Shown here: piece after piece, positions 62,966 to 64,000 of the stretch | How the letters are laid out: every line of letters starts with the position of its first letter | Position numbering within the stretch: position 1 is the stretch's first letter | Assembly (NCBI GenBank): GCA_964234715.1 | Contig: OZ174277.1 | Strand: one strand, 5' to 3' | Origin: Podarcis melisellensis | Taxonomy: Eukaryota | Length of the DNA: 64,000 bases | The notes under the pieces: generated by a model | Database searches by the model: none | The model's input: only the letters and a program-made list of their open reading frames with translations | What the model was told of the DNA's origin: nothing | Translations under genes and position numbers: made by a program

Positions 62966-63589
62966 ATGTCTCACTGCTCACAGATAATGTGACGTCACAT
63001 GATTTTTGATGGTGCTGCCCAGTTCCTCCTGCGATTGGTCATCGGCCCTTGCCAGTGGAGGCCTGGGATGGAGGTAACACCTAGCAGGTGCTATTGCAGG
63101 CATAGTTTTACACTGTACTAGCTGTTGGGGGTTGCAGGAAAGGAAACTATCACAATATTATCCAAATGAAGTGATGTGGAAGGAAGTGGCTGCCTGAATT
63201 GGCAGAGACCCTGAGGCACTGCCTCTGAGGTGTGAATTGTCCCATTAATTTTAATGCATGCTAACTCAGATGCTAGTTCTTTAGATTAGCATGGCCCTGG
63301 TTAACTGTTTCACTCCTCTCAAATAATGCACGGCAGAAAAAGGGGTGCAAAGGAGAGTGACAAAAGAGACCCACAAGCAACAAATTAGGGGCCATGAAAA
63401 ACACAGGGTTAAAGTGTTCACCCATAAAATTATTCTGAGGGAAAACAACAATTAATAGCAGTAACTCAGTAACAATATCATGCTTATTGTAGATTAAATT
63501 TGGCCTCTGGAGGAGGCATCCCGGTGGTCCATAATTTGCACGCATCTGTTAACTGTGGGCTGTCTGGATTTGGGCCTACAAACATTTAT

Positions 63590-63980
63590 AACAGCAGCAG
63601 CAACAACAACAACAACAATTTATTATTTATACCCCGCCCATCTGGCTGGGTTTCCCCAGCCACTTGGGGCGGCTCCCAACAGAATATTAAAAACACAATA
63701 AAACATCAAACATTAAAAACTTCCCTAAACAGGGCTGCATTCAGATGTCTTCTAAATGTCAGATAGTTGTTTACCAGTATTTCCTTGACATCTGATGGAA
63801 AGGCGTTCCACAGGGCAGGCACCACTGCCTGGTTCTCTGTAACCTCACTTCTCACAGTCAGGGAACTAGCAGAAGACCCTCAGCACTGCCCCACAGTGTC
63901 TGGGCTGAACGATGGGGCTGGAGACACTCCTTCAGATATACTGGACTGTGGCTGTTTAGGGCTTTAAAGGTCAGCACAAA
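63590..63980 (-). mobile_element. L2-clade LINE 3' fragment
   Basis: Aligns to 4215-4600; tail reads (AAC)n on +. Confidence 0.88.
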
Positions 63981-64000
63981 AACAAGCACAATAAGCACAA

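Overview
This is eukaryotic genomic DNA, not a prokaryotic island. The repeat content (Sauria SINEs, BovB/RTE, CR1, L2, Tc1/Tigger-like and hAT MITEs) points to a squamate reptile, probably a lacertid lizard (inference). The one supportable protein-coding gene is SERTAD4 on the + strand. It has three coding exons (24643-24865, 28689-28804, 35287-36078; 376 aa) with canonical GT-AG junctions in matching phase, a SERTA domain and a 28-Ser tract, and is probably followed by a ~3.4 kb 3' UTR. There are two CpG islands: a proximal one at the gene start (~23.4-25.0 kb) and an orphan one ~14 kb upstream (~8.9-11.7 kb) with MEF2/TATA-like sites and a candidate splice donor. The rest is intergenic or intronic DNA with many transposable elements, microsatellites and TE-poor blocks that may be enhancers. 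I found no evidence for a new multi-gene system. The most notable observations are: (1) a MITE inserted into the terminal repeat of a related MITE and carrying a dense NRF1/CRE/ETS motif cluster inside a SERTAD4 intron; (2) the orphan CpG island; (3) strong antisense splice donors at the SERTAD4 promoter; (4) a three-level CR1>hAT>L2 nesting; (5) a fold-back-rearranged Tc1 transposase; (6) co-varying arms in two palindromic MITE copies; (7) a tRNA-Lys/CR1-tail SINE family. Family assignments and comparisons with human come from recall, not database searches.
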